From positions 23,622,001-23,686,000 of the forward strand of contig OZ296658.1 of the NCBI GenBank assembly GCA_965655095.1: DNA of 64,000 nucleotides, read 5' to 3'. The notes under the pieces are model-generated. The model did no database searches. It was not told the origin of the DNA and worked only from the letters and a program-made list of their open reading frames with translations. The position numbers and the translations under genes were made by a program. Numbering within the stretch: position 1 is the first letter of the stretch; every line of letters starts with the position of its first letter. This document shows, piece after piece, positions 37,875 to 48,200 of the stretch. The DNA comes from Haplodiscus bocki. Its lineage: Eukaryota.

Positions 37875-40800
37875 TTATTTCTGATGATAAGTTTTGCGTT
37901 GTCTTGCAGGAGTTTTACTAAATTTCGTTCCTGACTGTTTTTGTTGTTTTCGCTCTGGAGAGTTATAACTTTTAACTATATCAGGAAGATATGCCGTAAA
38001 AAGCGGTTCTGCTTTTCTTTGTGAGGACGTGTTAGGTCGTAGTTGCATGTTAGACGTGTTTGCAGGAGGTGTTCTCCTAAGACTTCTAGCTGCGGCGTCC
38101 ACAATTTCCGTGACGTTGTCAACTGATAATTGACTTTCGTGGAGAAAGACATTCTCAGGTATAAGAGGTTGTATGTCAGTTTGAGGAGTAACCGGTGGTT
38201 GTATCGCAACGTCATTTCTGGTGTGTGGACTTGGGGGTTCTCGTGTTGGTGATGGCGAGAACACAGGAGGTGATCTCGTTACTTCACGTCTTGTCGGTAC
38301 GGGCGAAATAAGTGGCGAAATTCTACTTGGTGTAGTTGATGCAGTTGTTCGTTCTACGGTAGGTGTTGGTGTGAAAATACTAGAAGATGCAGGCAGAAAA
38401 CTAAGACAATCATCGTGATTAAGTGTTCCATCTATATATTTGCGTGCGTCTGTTAGGTTTTGAGTTGACTGAAAACTTCTTGGTTTATTTCTTGTAGGTA
38501 CATTGGACGTTGGCGGAGGTTCGAAAAATGGTTTCAATCTATCATAGTGTACAATTTGTTGTTTTGCAGAGTTTTCTTCTTTAATTCTGAATGTGACATC
38601 GTTCAAACATTTTTCAATGATATATGGTCCTTTCCAAGGACTTGCGAACTTAGAAGTTGTTCCTACAGCAATGACTGGATGATAAAGTAAAACTTTTTGT
38701 CCTTCTTTGTATGTTGGACCGTGAACCTTTTTGTTATAGATAGCATTTCGGCGTTTTTGTTTTTCATTCAAATTACGTCGGACTAACTCAAATGCTCGTT
38801 GGAATGCGCGTTGTTTGTTGTGCACAAATTCATGAATGTCTGTAGTTACATTTTCTTGTGGGTTAGGATACATGCAATCTAAAGGTAAACTCAACTCTTG
38901 TCCAAAAACTAGGAACTGCGGTGTATATCCTGTTGATTCATGTACCGAAGATCGATATGCCATCATTACGTAAGGCAGTTGTTGTGACCAGTTGCTTTGT
39001 TCTTCATTAATACATTTTGCTAACATGTTTTGTAAAGTTTTATTCATTCTCTCGATCACCGCATTTGACTGAGGATGAAAAGGTGTTGTGCGAGTTTTGT
39101 CCATTTCAAGAAGTTGCATTAATTGTTCAAAAAGTTTTGATTCGAAATTTCGGCCTTGATCACTATGAAGGCTGTGCGGACAACCAAAGCGACTGATCCA
39201 ATGATCAACTAATGCGTTTGCTGTTGTGGTAGCTGTTTGATCTGGTAATGGTATTGCTTCGTACCATTTTGTGAAGTGATCGCCAATTACTAAGATGTGT
39301 TTATTTCCATTTGACATTGGCAAAGGTCCCATAAAGTCAATTCCAATGTGATGAAAAGGATAACTGGCTTGCCATTCTACTAAAGCGTGATGATATTTCT
39401 TGGGTGGTCCCGAACGTTTTTGACATTCCGGGCACCGACTGACAAACAATTTTGTGTCTTCCTGCTGTCCTGGCCAGTAGAATCTTTGTTTTATTTTCTC
39501 TGAGGTTTTAGCAACTCCTAAGTGTCCGGCTGTTGGTGATGAATGACATGCTGATAGAATTTCTTGTGTCATTGACGGTGGTACTATTTGTTGCAATACC
39601 ACTTGGTTATCTGCGGTTTCGAATTTCCTGCACAAAATTCCATCGATGAGTTGTAAACTTTTCAGTTGGTTGTTAAGTTGCCATGCTAGCCTAGGAAGTC
39701 CTTGCAATTCTTGTGAGGTGGGCACTTTTCCCTTTTCAATCCATTCAATCAATTTAGACAATGCCTCATTTTGTCGTTGCGCTTGTCCTAACGCAGAGTG
39801 AACTGGTGTTTCTGTCTGTTTTCGTGATTGTTCATCTTTATTTCGATCATAGACTGTGATTGTGAGGTTCGACTGTGCACAAATTTCTCTGATAAGACGT
39901 TCAACTTTGTACCATTCTAATCGATCAAGTCCACAACCGGCTTTTGGCATACTAATTTCAGTGACTTTATGTTCATTTGCGTGCTTCGTCATTGCCTCTA
40001 GTGATTGTCGCAAACTATCGTACGTTGGTTTTTGAAAATAGCGGTTTTTTGTAACTAGGTGGTAGATGAAACGTTCGTCTACTTGTTGGACAAAAAGGGG
40101 AGAGTTCGTACTCTCAGGAAAATTGTACGGGAACTTGCGTTTGAAACTTCGGGCAATTCCCGCGGACATTTTAAAGTCTGATGATATGCAATGTGCTAGT
40201 GAGTCTTCTGAGTCAAAAAGATTACCATTTTTATGAATGAGTTCGAAAAATTTTGTTTTCACTGGTTTATCTATGTTTTCTTTGCTTTGAGAACTAGTAA
40301 CTTGATTTACAATGGGGATTCGTGAAAGTCCGTCGGCGTGACCAATACTTTTGCCGGGTCTGTGTTGCACTTCATAATCAAATGCCGCTAACTTTTCGAG
40401 CCATCGTGCTGTTAATCCATCTGGATCTTTAAAGTTATGCAACCACTGCAATGCACGATGATCAGTCACAATTTTGAATTTCCTCCCGAGCAGATAATGT
40501 TTAAAGTGTCGAGTAAAAGTTACAATTGCTAAAAGTTCTCGTTTTGTCGCAGAATAGTTTGTTTGAGATTTTGAAAATGCCTTAGATGCGTAGCAAATAG
40601 CTCGCTCTTTACCGTCTTGCACTTGGGCTAATACTGCTCCCATTGCTGTTAGACTTGCGTCAGTGTACAAAATGAATGGTTCTTTTACGTCCGGAAAGGC
40701 TAAGATTGGTGTAGAAGACAAGTGTTTCTTTAAATTTTCAAACGCTTCTTGCGTTTCTTCTGTCCAAGTAAAAGAACTCTTAATTTCACTAGCTTTATGC

Positions 40801-42554
40801 AATGGTCGGGCTATCATAGCGAAGTTTTTGATATACCGTCTGTAATATGAACAAAGTCCCAAAAACGACTTGACATCTGTTTGATTTTGTGGTACTGGAA
40901 AGTTTTGAACTGCTTTGACTTTTTCGGGATCGGCTTCCAATCCATTTTTGCTGATTACATGTCCTAAGAACTGAACTTTTGTTTGGAAAAAGGCGCATTT
41001 TGTCGGATTGATTTTTAGATTCGCCTCACGAAATCTTTGGAAAACTTGTTGCAGTCTTTTAATGTGCTCCTCTGGAGTTTTTGAAAAGATGATACAATCA
41101 TCTAAATAAGGTACTGTAATGTTCCACGTGAGTCCAACAAGCACGTGTTCCATTAGACTTTGAAATGTGTTCGGACTTCCCGTTAGTCCCATTGGCATGC
41201 GTAGCCATTTAAATGATCCGAAAGGAGTACTAAACGCTGTATAATTTTGGCTTTTGGGTTCCATTGGTAGCTGATAAAATCCCCAAGACATATCTATTGT
41301 TGTGAAATAAGCACTTCCTTGAAGTGTATCGAAAATTTCCTCTATTGACGGTATCGGCCAGCAAGACTTGATTGTTTGTTCATTCAGTTTTCTATAGTCT
41401 ATTACTAATCGTAGTTTTCCATTCTTTTTTGGAACTAGCATCGCTGGTGCACTATATGGACTATGACATGGTGTAATCAACTCTTTGTTCATGAAGGCAT
41501 CTATTTTCTCTTTTAAATCATCTTTGTAATGCACTGGCATTCTTCTATTCGGTAATTTTATTGGTTGTGAGCCTGGCTTCACATCTATTCTATGACTAGT
41601 TGCATCGCATTTTCCGAGGTCCCATTGATTGATTGAAAAGATATCACTATAGTCATCTATTAAATTTCTAAAATCTGCCCTGCAGTTATTGTTTATTTCT
41701 TTGCTAATTGCTTTCTTTACATTCTCCAAGTCGTACTTGGGATCTACTTCATTATAATTTTTCTTTTGTTTCTGATTTATTTCTTGTATCAGACGATCTG
41801 ATACCAGTTGGGACGATCCCAATGTTGTATCTTTGTAAATTGTTAAAACTTCATCATTTGTATTTGCTACTGTGATAGGAACTATTCCTTTTTCAAAACT
41901 AAACAAAGCATCTTGTGCTATTTGAGTTTCATTATTTATGAAGCGCTCGTGCGGTTCAAACAAAGCGACTCTCGCTACTGGTGGCGCTTTCCAACCAGGA
42001 ATTGTGCCGGGCACAATCATAACATGTTGTGGTGGTATTGAGACTTTCTCTAATGCCACGACTCTATAAACTTGTTTTTCGTCGAACGAAAACTGTTTTC
42101 TGTAAAGAGGGACCAGTACATTTTTATCAATTTTCAATTTGCCTTCAGAAAATAGTGCATCACATTTATTTGCTTCAAGAAAATCAAGTCCCAGTAAACA
42201 ATCTGATGCTGCTTCTATTAAGACGTAAAATGTATGCTCGTACGTTTTGGGACCTATTTTGATTGGTACGGATACTGTGCCTTTAATTTGAATGGGCATC
42301 TGATTTGCGCTGCTGAGTCTTGTTGTACTTGGCTGTATTTTGACTTGATGATTTTCATTGATTTGATTGAAAAGTTTTTCACTAAGACATGACACGCTCG
42401 CTCCACTATCGCAAACGGCTTCGACCTGTTTGTTCAAAATTGAAATCTGTACATACAAACTTCGATGATCCACAACGGAATTAAGAAGCTGAGTAAGTGG
42501 GCCTTCATTAGTGTCGTCTACGTGTTGACCCCGGGACGTAGACTGGTCTAGTTT
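37875..42554 (-). CDS. pol: Pol polyprotein PR-RT-RNase H-macrodomain-integrase, reached by -1 frameshift from gag
   Basis: DSGA protease, YLDD RT, YTDAS/RELLAI RNase H, HHCC plus IDF/SDQG/ERMN integrase, GPY motif. The frame is open from the slippery site; the listed 1532-aa ORF starts at 42473. Confidence 0.97.
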   Translation of the reverse strand, partial: KLDQSTSRGQHVDDTNEGPLTQLLNSVVDHRSLYVQISILNKQVEAVCDSGASVSCLSEKLFNQINENHQVKIQPSTTRLSSANQMPIQIKGTVSVPIKIGPKTYEHTFYVLIEAASDCLLGLDFLEANKCDALFSEGKLKIDKNVLVPLYRKQFSFDEKQVYRVVALEKVSIPPQHVMIVPGTIPGWKAPPVARVALFEPHERFINNETQIAQDALFSFEKGIVPITVANTNDEVLTIYKDTTLGSSQLVSDRLIQEINQKQKKNYNEVDPKYDLENVKKAISKEINNNCRADFRNLIDDYSDIFSINQWDLGKCDATSHRIDVKPGSQPIKLPNRRMPVHYKDDLKEKIDAFMNKELITPCHSPYSAPAMLVPKKNGKLRLVIDYRKLNEQTIKSCWPIPSIEEIFDTLQGSAYFTTIDMSWGFYQLPMEPKSQNYTAFSTPFGSFKWLRMPMGLTGSPNTFQSLMEHVLVGLTWNITVPYLDDCIIFSKTPEEHIKRLQQVFQRFREANLKINPTKCAFFQTKVQFLGHVISKNGLEADPEKVKAVQNFPVPQNQTDVKSFLGLCSYYRRYIKNFAMIARPLHKASEIKSSFTWTEETQEAFENLKKHLSSTPILAFPDVKEPFILYTDASLTAMGAVLAQVQDGKERAICYASKAFSKSQTNYSATKRELLAIVTFTRHFKHYLLGRKFKIVTDHRALQWLHNFKDPDGLTARWLEKLAAFDYEVQHRPGKSIGHADGLSRIPIVNQVTSSQSKENIDKPVKTKFFELIHKNGNLFDSEDSLAHCISSDFKMSAGIARSFKRKFPYNFPESTNSPLFVQQVDERFIYHLVTKNRYFQKPTYDSLRQSLEAMTKHANEHKVTEISMPKAGCGLDRLEWYKVERLIREICAQSNLTITVYDRNKDEQSRKQTETPVHSALGQAQRQNEALSKLIEWIEKGKVPTSQELQGLPRLAWQLNNQLKSLQLIDGILCRKFETADNQVVLQQIVPPSMTQEILSACHSSPTAGHLGVAKTSEKIKQRFYWPGQQEDTKLFVSRCPECQKRSGPPKKYHHALVEWQASYPFHHIGIDFMGPLPMSNGNKHILVIGDHFTKWYEAIPLPDQTATTTANALVDHWISRFGCPHSLHSDQGRNFESKLFEQLMQLLEMDKTRTTPFHPQSNAVIERMNKTLQNMLAKCINEEQSNWSQQLPYVMMAYRSSVHESTGYTPQFLVFGQELSLPLDCMYPNPQENVTTDIHEFVHNKQRAFQRAFELVRRNLNEKQKRRNAIYNKKVHGPTYKEGQKVLLYHPVIAVGTTSKFASPWKGPYIIEKCLNDVTFRIKEENSAKQQIVHYDRLKPFFEPPPTSNVPTRNKPRSFQSTQNLTDARKYIDGTLNHDDCLSFLPASSSIFTPTPTVERTTASTTPSRISPLISPVPTRREVTRSPPVFSPSPTREPPSPHTRNDVAIQPPVTPQTDIQPLIPENVFLHESQLSVDNVTEIVDAAARSLRRTPPANTSNMQLRPNTSSQRKAEPLFTAYLPDIVKSYNSPERKQQKQSGTKFSKTPARQRKTYHQK
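39849..40250 (-). other. TARG1/OARD1-like macrodomain within Pol
   Basis: NGNLFDSEDSLAHCISSDFKMSAGIARSFKRKF...IYHLVTK....KPTYDSLRQSL...ISMPKAGCGLDRLEW.KV..LI. Confidence 0.9.
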
Positions 42555-42557
42555 AAA
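42499..42557 (-). promoter_or_regulatory. -1 ribosomal frameshift signal
   Basis: U UUA AAC directly before the gag UAG, 7-nt spacer, 8-bp stem GTCTACGT/ACGTAGAC; pol is in the -1 frame. Confidence 0.85.
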
Positions 42558-43840
42558 GTATTTTGTTGCTGCGAGGAATTTGCGTTGCGGTCTTGATTGT
42601 AGTTTCGTGAATTTTGGTTGAAATTCGAATTTTGCTGCCTATTGTTTTGGTTTTGTCGTGGTGCTCTACATTCACGAGACATATGTCCCAGTCTTCCGCA
42701 ATTAAAACAAGCTTGACAATCCCTGGATTGGTGATTTGTTCTGTTACAATGCCTGCATGGTTGTTGATTTGTGTTGTTTCTGTTTTGTTGCTGATTTGGT
42801 GTATTGCGATTGTTGTTATATCTGTTGTCTTGTTGATTGCCACTGTTGTTGTATCTATTGTTTTGATTGTTATTGTTATATCGGTTGCTATTGTTGTTTG
42901 AATTTCTATAATTTGGATTTTGATTTGTACTTGCACTTTGTCTATGTGGTCCGGGACTATTAAAACGAACGGAGCGACCGTCGGTACTACTTGAACGTGA
43001 ACTCGAAGAGTTTTGATTTGTTTGTGGTAGAGCTTTTTGAATTTCTTGTCGGATTGTCTGTATTAATGTTCCCATCATATCGTCTTGTGAGGTGGATGTT
43101 GTTGCCATCAATGGTTGCGGGGGAGTGGCTGAAACCATGTTTACTGTGGCCTGGGATCCACTTCTAAGACTGGGATCCATTTCCATGAACGCATGTAGTT
43201 CGACTGCGAGGGCTAGAGCAGCATCCGGACTGGCTGGTTTACTCTTTCGAAGTTCCCATCTCAGCTGGGGATCATGAAGTCCTTCGATGAAACTAGTGAG
43301 AACCATTTGTTCTTCGATGAGGGGTTGTCCCCTATAAACTCTTCTAGCAAGTGTTCGAATATCACAAAGAAACGCGGCGATAGTTTGGTTTGGTTGCTGC
43401 CGCGCAGCTTTCAGTTTTGCTTTAAGAACTTCAACATTTGTAGTGTACGTGGTTCGAAAAGCTGCTACTAATTGATCAAAATTCTGTTGTTGTGCTACGG
43501 TTAAGGTTGTGTAAAAATGCAAGGCGTTTCCTTTGAGTCTTAATGCAAAATAGTTCGGTCTGTTATCAGTGGTGGCCGTGTGCCATCCTGAAAGTGTTGC
43601 GGCTGTTGTGAATTGTTGTAAGTAATCTTCAAAATCTCCTTCGCCGGTGAAAGCTTCTGGCATTAAACACGACGGGAGGGCCGAAAAAACTGCGCCGGCG
43701 GTGGCCGTCGACGTACTTGGTGTGGTCGGCGTGAGAGGGGTGAGAGAAACGGAACCGCCGCCGCCTGATCCGGATCCAGGTCCGCCGCCACCACCGCTTC
43801 GTGGTGATCCGCTTCTTGATGGGGGGGTTGACGACGCCAT
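42548..43840 (-). CDS. gag: Gag (430 aa)
   Basis: LKGNALHFY capsid-like region, two CCHC knuckles (CRHCNRTNHQSRDC, CFNCGRLGHMSREC), Asn/Gln-rich flanks. Confidence 0.95.
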   Translation of the reverse strand: MASSTPPSRSGSPRSGGGGGPGSGSGGGGSVSLTPLTPTTPSTSTATAGAVFSALPSCLMPEAFTGEGDFEDYLQQFTTAATLSGWHTATTDNRPNYFALRLKGNALHFYTTLTVAQQQNFDQLVAAFRTTYTTNVEVLKAKLKAARQQPNQTIAAFLCDIRTLARRVYRGQPLIEEQMVLTSFIEGLHDPQLRWELRKSKPASPDAALALAVELHAFMEMDPSLRSGSQATVNMVSATPPQPLMATTSTSQDDMMGTLIQTIRQEIQKALPQTNQNSSSSRSSSTDGRSVRFNSPGPHRQSASTNQNPNYRNSNNNSNRYNNNNQNNRYNNSGNQQDNRYNNNRNTPNQQQNRNNTNQQPCRHCNRTNHQSRDCQACFNCGRLGHMSRECRAPRQNQNNRQQNSNFNQNSRNYNQDRNANSSQQQNTLN

Positions 43841-44250
43841 TTTTGAACAAAAGCGTTCTTAGATCTTATTGAGTTTTAACCGAACAAAACAAAAAAACAC
43901 TGTTTTAGAGTTTTAAAGTTTTAAAGAAAAAGAAAATCAAAAAAACTGTTAAGAAAAAAACACACTTAAAGTTGTGATAAACACGCAGTGTCTTAAAATT
44001 TTGTTCAATCAACTTCTTTTTCTTTTATTAGCCAGCTCTTCTCAAGAGCGAAACAAGTAGTTTTAATTTTAAGTTGAGTTGAGAGCGACCGTTCGCGAAA
44101 GCAACCGTTCGAGAAAGCAACCGTTCGAGGAAGAGCAACCGTTCGTGGTTAATGTTTTATCACTTACCTTGTACTGGCAACTGAAAACTTTAAGATTTAA
44201 GTTTTACGTTTTACAAAAAAAACCCAAAAACAAAAGAAGGAGAAAGTCAG

Positions 44251-44268
44251 ATCCCACCCTTGTCACCA
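44251..44268 (-). other. Primer-binding site
   Basis: TGGTGACAAGGGTGGGAT, 4 nt inside the 5' LTR boundary; complementary to a tRNA 3' end ...ATCCCACCCTTGTCACCA (Ser/Leu-like; identity not established). Confidence 0.85.
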
Positions 44269-44945
44269 TTTTTGTGACGTGTGTGGTGTGGTGTTTTCAT
44301 ATTCTTTTTCTGCTCGAGTGGCTTGCTTTTATTGTATTGAATGGTGGTGGCTGAATTTTATTCTTTCTTAACTATACGTCTTAAATAATCCACTCTATGG
44401 TGTTTGGCAGAACCGTAAGACGTTCGGTTCACAACCATGCAAATCTTCCGTACTGCAGAGCTTCCAGGTTCTACTTGGTTCGGGTCAATATGCTACGCTG
44501 GTACCTTACCGTCACTTAGCCCACCGCACGGTATAGAGTGAATTTGGTTTGGAATACTATCAACTCTATGCAAACGAGTTGTTTCTTAATTCTAAATTTT
44601 ATAATCTCGATTAATGGTGGTGGTGGTTCTGACTTTCTATCTTCTCAAATTTTAACAAGCTCTGAACAAATTTCATCTTTCTTTAATTTTCTTTCGAATG
44701 CGTGTTTCAGGTTCTCGTCACTTAAATGGTTTTGTTAGTAGTAAGTCTGGGATTACTCTACTACTATTGAGTTGAAAAAGTAGTTTTAACTACTTTGGGG
44801 TTACAAAAATTTTGATCTGTTTAGAGCTTGCTATGGTAAAAGTGAAAGAAATGAGATTATGAAGTTGATTGAATTGATTTTTCGTTAAGCTTTGACAAAA
44901 TTGTAGTTTACAATGAATGAAATCTAATATATCTCAAAGAACAGA

Positions 44946-44956
44946 ACTCACGACAT
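44946..44956 (-). promoter_or_regulatory. Putative shared leader: start codon plus splice donor ATG-TC|GTGAGT
   Basis: First ATG downstream of the TATA box, A at -3, consensus donor in phase 2 matching all five downstream acceptors. Confidence 0.75.
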
Positions 44957-45250
44957 TATGGTTTGAATGTTGGTGTGGTTGATCGATGGTTGGAGGTCGT
45001 CTATGCAGTCTTCGTGGGGCAGTCTTTGGATATTTGTGATTTGATCGTAGGATTTGTTCAAGAGAGATTCGAAAATTTATGAAATTGAAAAGAATACAAA
45101 ATTTAGCAAGAAAAGTTGAACGTCGAACGTTCAATAAAATTTTTGAAGACGTCTAACGTCAAAGAGTTTTTCAAAATTGCAAAAGTCAAAAAGAACGAGC
45201 AGCTGAGTTTTGAAAAGTGGGGTTCTAAAGGCAGAGTTTTGCGAGTCCGC

Positions 45251-45258
45251 CTTTTATA
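45251..45258 (-). promoter_or_regulatory. TATA box of the element 2 LTR
   Basis: TATAAAAG on the element strand, implying a start site near 45225. Confidence 0.65.
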
Positions 45259-48200
45259 GTTTTTGTCATGCTCAACTGTGACCAGTAATATTTTGCTGGT
45301 CATTGTCTGGTGCATGATCAGCCTTTCATGCTTCAAGGTTTTACTATTTTTGGGGTATCTGTCAAGGAATCATCCCCCAAAAGTTACTATTATTATTTCA
45401 ACTGTTCTAAGTTTGAAGCATTGACGAAATTTTGTTTCTTCGCTTCAAGAAAATAATTCTTGATCGAAAGCAGTTGGGAGTTACTATTTCTATAAGTAAC
45501 TAAAATTTGATGGCTACTGAATTTAAGCATCTGATGACATTCGTTGTTGAGTTGGCGGCCAATTTTGCTGACGTACATTGATTTGAATTTTGGCGGTCGT
45601 CTCCACAACAGAGGCTGTTTCGTCAGGAGAATAAATTTAGATAGTCTTCTGGTGTGGTGAGATTGTGCCATCAATAGCGACGTGATCAAATATTTTATAT
45701 GAAGCACCGGATAAGTGAGTTCTTTAATTATAAAAAGCATCGATTGAGTGGTTAAAATATGCGCGTTTAAGATTCAAGCTAAGTCATGTTTAAGTTTAAC
45801 GTTGTTTCAATTCTTCATTCTTTTCAGCATTCTTTCATATATTATGACTTATGGCATTGTCATAACTTAATAGCCACCATTTCCACCAGCAATCGTAATG
45901 CATTTGATAAATCGTCTTATCATGGATTTCAAGTGTTTTTCTGGTTACCGGCAAAATAAACTCAATGGCGAAAAAATAACAATCTCTAAAAGAAATCACA
46001 CGAAGCCTCTTTTGTTGAAATGTTGTGTTAATGCATGTCTTGTACCAAATTGAAATGACTGTGTTTTTCTATATTTGAATGGATAAACATTGATGTATTG
46101 TTTTTCAGCGACATAAATTTTTCAGCGAGATCTCGAAAGTTTTGCTGATGTTCTGTAAAATTGTTTTTGCAGAGCTAGTCTTACTCAGAGTTTAATTTTT
46201 TTTATTTTTCTGATTTTGAAGATTCCCAACTATTTTGTTGCGTTTTTTCATCAAAGGTTAGAAAGCAACTGAGTTGTTACTACAAGTATTTTTTTCCATT
46301 GTTCTCCACAAAAAGCAGTTGGAAGAATTTATGAACCAGAAGTTGAAGATTATCTATCCTGTGTAAGGGTCTCGGAGAAAATCAGCGCTAAACAGCGGTG
46401 GTTCACACGTTTGACGTTTTTCAGCGCTGTTTTGTGCTGATGTAGAAAACCTTAGAATCACCACCGTTAATCAGAGTTGTTTCAAACCCAATCAGCCCTG
46501 TTTTTTAATGAATCAAAAATGTTTAGCGCTCGCTAAAGGTGGGTTGCATATTGAAAAAAAACTGCTTTTAAAGTCTTGGGGAAATATCATGATCATCTAA
46601 TGAAAAATTCTATAGAATGTCCCAGTTGCAGAAAGACTTTTTCCGTTAAAAATTGTCGAAGGTTATAATTCAGTGATTCTAATTCTGACAACACATAGTT
46701 CTCAGTGAACGCAATTACGGTGAGTGAAATATGTCTGTCGAAGAACTTGGTTGCAAAAATCTGTTTTGTTTGACTTTCGTGCGATCAGAGCATCTGTCCA
46801 GAGGACTTGCATGAATAGGAATGCGCGTAACCGTCGGCCACTAAAGAACCGAAAAGACTCTGACCAAAGAATTAGCTCACATTTCGTTTTTTTTTTTTCA
46901 ATAGTTTTCCTAAGTAACAGTTCTCACTGCACGTTGCTCCGTGAGATACTTGCTTGCTCCCTGTAAACTTATCCTATGTCAAAGACTCACTGGATAATTA
47001 AACCACATATTTTACATGGTAATGCGTGCTGTACATCGAACTGTGAACAGCAGCCATCCCAATTCGGAGCCGTTTAACGCATGACAAGACTGTAATAAAA
47101 AAATACAAAGCTGGGAAAATGAGTTAAGTAACAGATATTCAATCTTTGATTATTTTCTGTCTTTTTCTCACCGTACCCGGGTCGAAGTTTTGGTTGCAAA
47201 TTTTCCGGCATAAGAGTTTGAATTGCGGTCAAAATTAGCTACAAAACTACTATTTATCTGAAACAAAAAAATCTAAGGAAAATTAAAATACATTCAAAAC
47301 AGAACTCTATATTGTTTTTGAAAAAGAAATTTTTACGTGCTCAAACTTGTTATACTTTTTGGCTGGTTGTTGCTAACACCGAAAGCCCACACTTTTGAGG
47401 AGCATATGCTCTGAAAGCTTCGGAACACTTTGTTCATAGAATTTTTTTGAAAAATTTCGAATGGCAATAGTCTTTAGATTCTTCTCGTAGACCTTTATTG
47501 CCAGCAAGCAAAGTAACCATTTTTTATTGTTTAGAGTTCTTTTTTTTAAAAAAAGCCCACGTAGGAATTGTTTCTCTCAGCGTTCATTTTTGATCTCATG
47601 TTGATATCAAAAAACTAGTAGAAAAAGTTAACTTAATTGGAGGAAGCAAAAGAATTTAGGGAGGTTAATGTATACATTATTCACATCCAACAGGGATGCA
47701 AAAAGAACGTAACCGCCCGTTTACTTTGCAACCTTCTACAGTTGAACAACTACGAGTTAACAGAATTGGTTCATGACTACTTCTCTCTTTACGACTATCA
47801 TATTTTGTACGAGTAAACCAGCAGTGGGATTTGACATAACCGACGAACACATATTTTTTTGTTTTGAAATGATTTTTTTTTCGACGGGACAGCTATAATA
47901 GGCAGTTGCAGTTTTGTTCAAAACAGACTCAGAGTTTCCAAGACATTTCTTTTTCTTGGAAAGAGGCAAGATTCTACATTTTTACTCAAATCAGTTGCTT
48001 CTAACATTTTTTTCTCAACGATGCACTTTGAACGTCAAACGTACAAACCAGAAGACGTCAAGGACGATTTGTCAGAATTTCTCATTTTTTCATATCTTTA
48101 GCAGGTAAAAGGAATAAGAGCAGTTGCTTTTTACCGGATTTGATGCGCCCATACTGTTTGTTTCTCTCTCTCTCTCACACTGCTTTTAATTGTCAAAAAC

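Larger units (their letters stand above)
31606..45864 (-). mobile_element. Intact, young env-bearing Ty3/Gypsy retroelement with four accessory ORFs (element 2, 14,259 bp)
   Basis: Two 1592-bp LTRs; 4-bp TSD ACTT at 31602-31605 and 45865-45868; PBS; PPT; uninterrupted gag, pol and env. Confidence 0.97.
44273..45864 (-). repeat. 5' LTR of element 2
   Basis: 1592 bp; no differences from the 3' LTR noticed by eye, and the four LTR ORF translations in the track are identical. Confidence 0.97.

Noticed and set aside
37858-37877. Pol-Env stop-codon readthrough (env is in frame with pol after one TAA)
   Set aside because: The context TAA CGA AGG is not the CARYYA readthrough motif, and a strong acceptor directly before the signal peptide explains env better. 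Not formally excluded.
42553-42963. Cys/Val/Ile-rich ORFs overlapping the end of gag
   Set aside because: Alternative and antisense frames of the AAC/CAA-rich Gag region.
44162-44170. AAG|GTAAGT donor as the main env leader
   Set aside because: In the required frame there is an upstream TAA and no ATG; the LTR ATG-TC|GTGAGT fits all five acceptors.
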